Below, one piece after another: positions 60,177-64,000 of a stretch of 64,000 nt of DNA (position 1 is its first letter; each line of letters opens with the position of its first letter). The position numbers and the translations under genes are program-made. The stretch spans positions 1,856,001-1,920,000 of the forward strand of contig CAXXTU010000002.1 in NCBI GenBank assembly GCA_963662655.2. Direction: 5' to 3'. This DNA comes from Candidatus Cloacimonadales bacterium. Lineage in GTDB: Bacteria; Cloacimonadota; Cloacimonadia; Cloacimonadales; JAIOQZ01. The notes below the pieces were generated by a model. That model saw only the letters and a list, made by a program, of their open reading frames with translations, was not told where the DNA came from and did no database searches.

Positions 60177-62528
60177 TCAGTCGGATAGATTATGGTCAAC
60201 ATGGACCTTTTCCGTCAAGATTGTTCTGCTGCTCGCTGAAACTCCGTCCGTCTCCAGCACCAGCGCCCCGTCGATTCCGCCGATGAATAGGCGATCTCTC
60301 AGAAAGCCAAGTCGCTGCAATACGGCATCATCCAGCAATCCCCTGCCGCTTTCGACATCGGCGGGGATATAGGCATATTCTGGTGACACCGCGCTTAAAA
60401 ACTCTTTACTCGACGAGGTCTCGCTCCCGTGGTGCGGCACCTTTAAAAAATCGCAGTCGAGTTCATCCGGGTACTGCCTCACCAGCTCGATCTCGAGATC
60501 GCTGTGGATGTCGCCGGTGAAAAGCGCGGAGAAATTCCCGTAATCGATCCTGACGACCAGCGAATGGTTGTTGATCTGATCCGAGTAGTAGCTCTCCGCA
60601 GGCGAGAAAATACGCAAATCAATCTCCCCCATTCTCCACGATATCGTGTCGCGAACCGTGATCACCTGCGTCCCGCTTTCCGCTGCCAGAGCGATAAATC
60701 GATCCCCGATCTCCGAATCGAAGAACTCGTCTGCCGCATACAGCTTCCCGATCTCTACATCGTCGTTGATTGCCTCATAGCCCCCGTAATGATCTCGATG
60801 CTCATGGGTGATGAACACTGCATCCAGCCTGCCTATTCCCCGTTTTCTTAAATACGGCTTCGCGGTGTACTCGTAGGGCGTTCCAATCGTGTCGTCCGGT
60901 CCCGTGTCGATCATAATATTCTCGCCGCCCGGTAATTCGATCAACGCCATGTCGGCGTTTCCGCAATCGAAGCAGGTGATGCGTAGCGACTCGCGTTTCA
61001 CGACACCGGGGACGAGTATCAGAATCACACCGAGCGCCAGAGCCGGAATGGAATACTTCTTTCGCACCCTCATTGCAAGCAGCAATCCCCCCACGACGAT
61101 AATCGCTCCCGCAAACTGCACGCTCGACAATCCCGCACCGTTATACTTCAAGGGCAACGATGCGGTATATCCCGTCAGCTTGTGCAGCAATCCCGCGAGA
61201 ACATCGAAAGCAGCGCGATAAACCGCTACCAGCCCCCCTACATCGGGAAGAATAACAATCAGCAGGGCCAGCGGCATTATCAAGCCCAGTAGCGGAATTC
61301 CGAAAAGGTTGCTCAGGATGGAGGAGAAATTCACATTCTGGAAATAGTAGAGCGTGAACGGAGCTAGGGCAATCATCAGCAGACACGAGGTGCACATCAA
61401 CCGCAACGCCCAAAGCAAGCCCGTTCCCAGCACATTTTTCCGCACGATGTTTACCCGGGCGAAGAAGTGCTCCTCAAGCCACGGATACCCGTTGATCAAC
61501 GTAATAATAGCGACAAAGGATAGCTGGAAACCCACGGAGAAGAGCTGTTGCGGCGAAATTGCGGTTATTAGCAGCGCCGCCAGGGCAAGGACATGGTTGT
61601 TCAGAGCTTTTCGCTGCAATATCCTCGCCATCACGTAAAGTGAAATCATGATCGTGGCTCGCGTAATCGGCGCTTTCCATCCACACAGCGCAGCATAGAA
61701 AAACAGGATCGCGATCAGTAATACAGACCCAATCCTGCGGTTCGGGATCGCGATGATCAACAGCACATTCAACACAAGCGCGATAAAGCCCGTATGCAGG
61801 CCGCTGACCGCAAGAAGGTGCGCCAACCCTGCGTCGCGGAAGATAACCGTGAATTGCTCGTCTTTGGGCCTAATCCCGAGCGTTATATTTTTCACGAAGG
61901 CTGCGTGCTCTCCGAAGCGCTCATTGATGCGCCGAATCATCCAGCGTCGCACTGGCAAAACGAACCGGCCATTCAAGTCCCGTCTCGATCCTGTTTTCTC
62001 CAGGCGGCATGTAGGAAACGCACTGCCGAATATTCCCCGAATGGAGAAATACCGATCAAGCCCAATCTGCCCGGGATTGGAAGCCCTCTTCATGGCGTAG
62101 AGATCAGCGCGTCCCCGCACGATATCGCCATAGCTCAAGGTGTCTTGCGACGTATACAAGATCAACTTCCCTCTGACAGGCACGTCCGCCACGCGATCCA
62201 GGCTCAGCTCGTACTGCTTGAATCGTCCGGCCTCTTCCCCATCGGAAACAATGCGACCCTCGATGACGCGATTGAACGATGTTTCCTGCTTGAACAGCTT
62301 TTCGATGCCGTTGCTCGCGGATGGAACGGAGATTCTAAGGACGCCCAGCAATAAAGCCAGCATGAAGAGTGTGAAGGTGCGGTACTTACGAAGAATCGAT
62401 ACAATGAGTAGAATGAATGCCGCAATCAGGAGGTAATGGAATGGAATCGTCAGCCAATTACCGATGAGGATACCGGCCAGCCAGCACAAAACCAGAATCG
62501 TCATGCCGGTAAGCCTTTCTCTGTTCAC
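60177..62528 (-). CDS. comEC: DNA uptake protein ComEC/Rec2
   Basis: GLAHLLAVSGLH, GFQLSF, MBL domain THEHRDH, TGD, VPHHGS. Confidence 0.95.
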   Translation of the reverse strand: MNRERLTGMTILVLCWLAGILIGNWLTIPFHYLLIAAFILLIVSILRKYRTFTLFMLALLLGVLRISVPSASNGIEKLFKQETSFNRVIEGRIVSDGEEAGRFKQYELSLDRVADVPVRGKLILYTSQDTLSYGDIVRGRADLYAMKRASNPGQIGLDRYFSIRGIFGSAFPTCRLEKTGSRRDLNGRFVLPVRRWMIRRINERFGEHAAFVKNITLGIRPKDEQFTVIFRDAGLAHLLAVSGLHTGFIALVLNVLLIIAIPNRRIGSVLLIAILFFYAALCGWKAPITRATIMISLYVMARILQRKALNNHVLALAALLITAISPQQLFSVGFQLSFVAIITLINGYPWLEEHFFARVNIVRKNVLGTGLLWALRLMCTSCLLMIALAPFTLYYFQNVNFSSILSNLFGIPLLGLIMPLALLIVILPDVGGLVAVYRAAFDVLAGLLHKLTGYTASLPLKYNGAGLSSVQFAGAIIVVGGLLLAMRVRKKYSIPALALGVILILVPGVVKRESLRITCFDCGNADMALIELPGGENIMIDTGPDDTIGTPYEYTAKPYLRKRGIGRLDAVFITHEHRDHYGGYEAINDDVEIGKLYAADEFFDSEIGDRFIALAAESGTQVITVRDTISWRMGEIDLRIFSPAESYYSDQINNHSLVVRIDYGNFSALFTGDIHSDLEIELVRQYPDELDCDFLKVPHHGSETSSSKEFLSAVSPEYAYIPADVESGRGLLDDAVLQRLGFLRDRLFIGGIDGALVLETDGVSASSRTILTEKVHVDHNLSD

Positions 62529-62537
62529 CGCATGATC

Positions 62538-63494
62538 CTAACGATATTCGTTATACCATTTCACGAAACGATGGATCCCGTCCTTGAAGGCTGTTCCCGG
62601 ATTGTACCCGAGAAGCCTCTTCGCCTTCGAGACATCCGCGAACGTACGATCCACGTCGCCCGGCTGCATGGGAAGCATCTCCTTGATCGCTTCTTTCCCG
62701 AGCTCATCCTCCAGGGTTTTCAGGAGCTGCGCCAGCGTAATGGTTTGCGATTCGCCCAGGTTGACGATCTCAAAGCAGTGGTTTTGCATCACATACCCAA
62801 TGCTGGCCACAATGCCATCGACGATATCGTCCACGTAGGTGTAATCGCGGCTGGACGAGCCGTCCCCATAAACCTGGATCGGAGTTCCCTCCATGATCCT
62901 GCGGGTGAACTTGTGGATTGCCAGGTCCGGACGCTGACGAGGCCCGTAAACGGTGAAGAATCGTAACGCCACGCATGAGATATCGAAAAGGTGATGGTAG
63001 GTGTGACAGAGCAATTCCCCCGCCTTCTTGGAAGCTGCGTAGGGAGAGATGGGGAAATCGACGCGATCCTCTTCCGAGAACGGGACTTTGGGATTGTTGC
63101 CGTACACGGAGGACGATGAAGCGTAAATCAGGCGCGTGATACCCGCCTGCCTGCACGCCTCGAGCAGGTTGAGCGTTCCGGTGCAGTTCACGTCCTGATA
63201 CAACGTCGGATTCTCGATGGAAGGCCTCACCCCGGCCATTGCCGCGAGATGGATGACCATTTCGAATTTTCCTTGTGCAAAGACTCGATCCAGCAATGCC
63301 TGGTCGCGAATATCGCCTTCGAAGAGTTCGTAGTACTCTCCCGAGAGGAATCCCGCGATATTGCTACGCTTGATCCGGGGATCGTAGTAGTCGCAAAAGT
63401 TATCGATGCAGCCGATCTCATGACCCTCACCGAGAAGTCGCTCACACAGATGCGATCCGATGAATCCCGCACCGCCCGTCACAAGTATCCTCAT
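62538..63494 (-). CDS. NAD-dependent nucleotide-sugar epimerase (UDP-glucuronate 4-epimerase-like)
   Basis: TGGAGFIG, LAAMAGVRPS, ASSSSVYG, YAASKK, RFFTVYGP..RPD, MQPGDV. Confidence 0.92.
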   Translation of the reverse strand: MRILVTGGAGFIGSHLCERLLGEGHEIGCIDNFCDYYDPRIKRSNIAGFLSGEYYELFEGDIRDQALLDRVFAQGKFEMVIHLAAMAGVRPSIENPTLYQDVNCTGTLNLLEACRQAGITRLIYASSSSVYGNNPKVPFSEEDRVDFPISPYAASKKAGELLCHTYHHLFDISCVALRFFTVYGPRQRPDLAIHKFTRRIMEGTPIQVYGDGSSSRDYTYVDDIVDGIVASIGYVMQNHCFEIVNLGESQTITLAQLLKTLEDELGKEAIKEMLPMQPGDVDRTFADVSKAKRLLGYNPGTAFKDGIHRFVKWYNEYR

Positions 63495-64000
63495 TGATCT
63501 CTCCTGATTATTCCGCCGCCCAGAAGCTTCGCTTCTCGATAAAAAACCGCCGACTGCCCTGGCGTTATCGCCCGTGCGGGGTTCTCCAGTCTGACTTCCA
63601 GCCGATCGCCATTCTCCACGATTTCCTTAACCGGCGCCGGGCGACTGTTATAACGTATCTGGACGCTCATACCGTCGAAAGCCGGTCTTATGCCCTCCAG
63701 CCAGTTGACTTCGTCGATTGGAAAGCTTTCGACAAGCAGCCGGTCGGGATCGTCCGTGACAACCAGGCGGTTGCGCTTTGCGTCGATCTCCAAGACATAG
63801 AGCGGGGCGTTCCACGGGAGATTCATGCCGCGGCGCTGCCCGATCGTGTAGTAAGAAAGTCCGGTGTGTTCCCCGATCTTCCTGCCGTCGTGGAATACGA
63901 TATCCCCGGGCTTCTCCGTGAAGTGCTGGCGCAGGAACAAGCGATAATCTCCCGGTATGAAGCAATTCTCTTGGCTGTCGGGGCTATCGTGAACGGTTAA
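63491..64000 (-). CDS. mnmA: tRNA 2-thiouridylase MnmA, 3' part
   Basis: In frame to window edge: DSQENCF, YTIGQRRG, IRY, AITPGQSAVFY, LGGG. Confidence 0.93.
   Translation of the reverse strand, partial: LTVHDSPDSQENCFIPGDYRLFLRQHFTEKPGDIVFHDGRKIGEHTGLSYYTIGQRRGMNLPWNAPLYVLEIDAKRNRLVVTDDPDRLLVESFPIDEVNWLEGIRPAFDGMSVQIRYNSRPAPVKEIVENGDRLEVRLENPARAITPGQSAVFYREAKLLGGGIIRRDQ

Noticed and set aside
1..64000. CRISPR array, rRNA, tRNA, IS transposase, prophage
   Set aside because: No regularly spaced direct repeats or recognisable motifs found by eye

Overview
Window (~53% GC by eye) from a diderm anaerobe. Large secreted proteins ending in 'N(Y/H)PNPFNP' sorting tails and a C25 protease suggest the FCB group, probably Ca. 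Cloacimonadota (inference). In order, it contains: (1) a minus-strand TonB-dependent receptor-ExbB-ExbD-ExbD-TonB operon ending in a >950-aa secreted protein that runs off the window and is absent from the ORF track; (2) housekeeping genes (lipoate ligase family, purM, PfkB kinase, aminotransferase); (3) a hybrid kinase / REC-HisKA / hemerythrin module; (4) trxA, Nudix, PspC, TetR, a methyltransferase and a serine hydrolase; (5) a low-GC AbiJ-like gene, an extended ECF sigma factor and a SIMPL gene; (6) a 12-gene Mrp-coupled MBX-like complex with a NuoI-GltD/NfnB fusion, missing catalytic cysteines and three single-base frameshifts; (7) an HDOD protein and TPR kinase, tldD/pmbA, an outer-membrane barrel and an unlisted 59-aa zinc-ribbon gene; (8) capA, aroA, two big secreted proteins, GT9, comEC, an epimerase and partial mnmA. 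The most unusual non-coding signals are a dispersed family of 3-4 long hairpins with conserved bulges and compensatory stem changes, and a perfect four-way-junction palindrome. I saw no rRNA, tRNA, CRISPR array or transposase.
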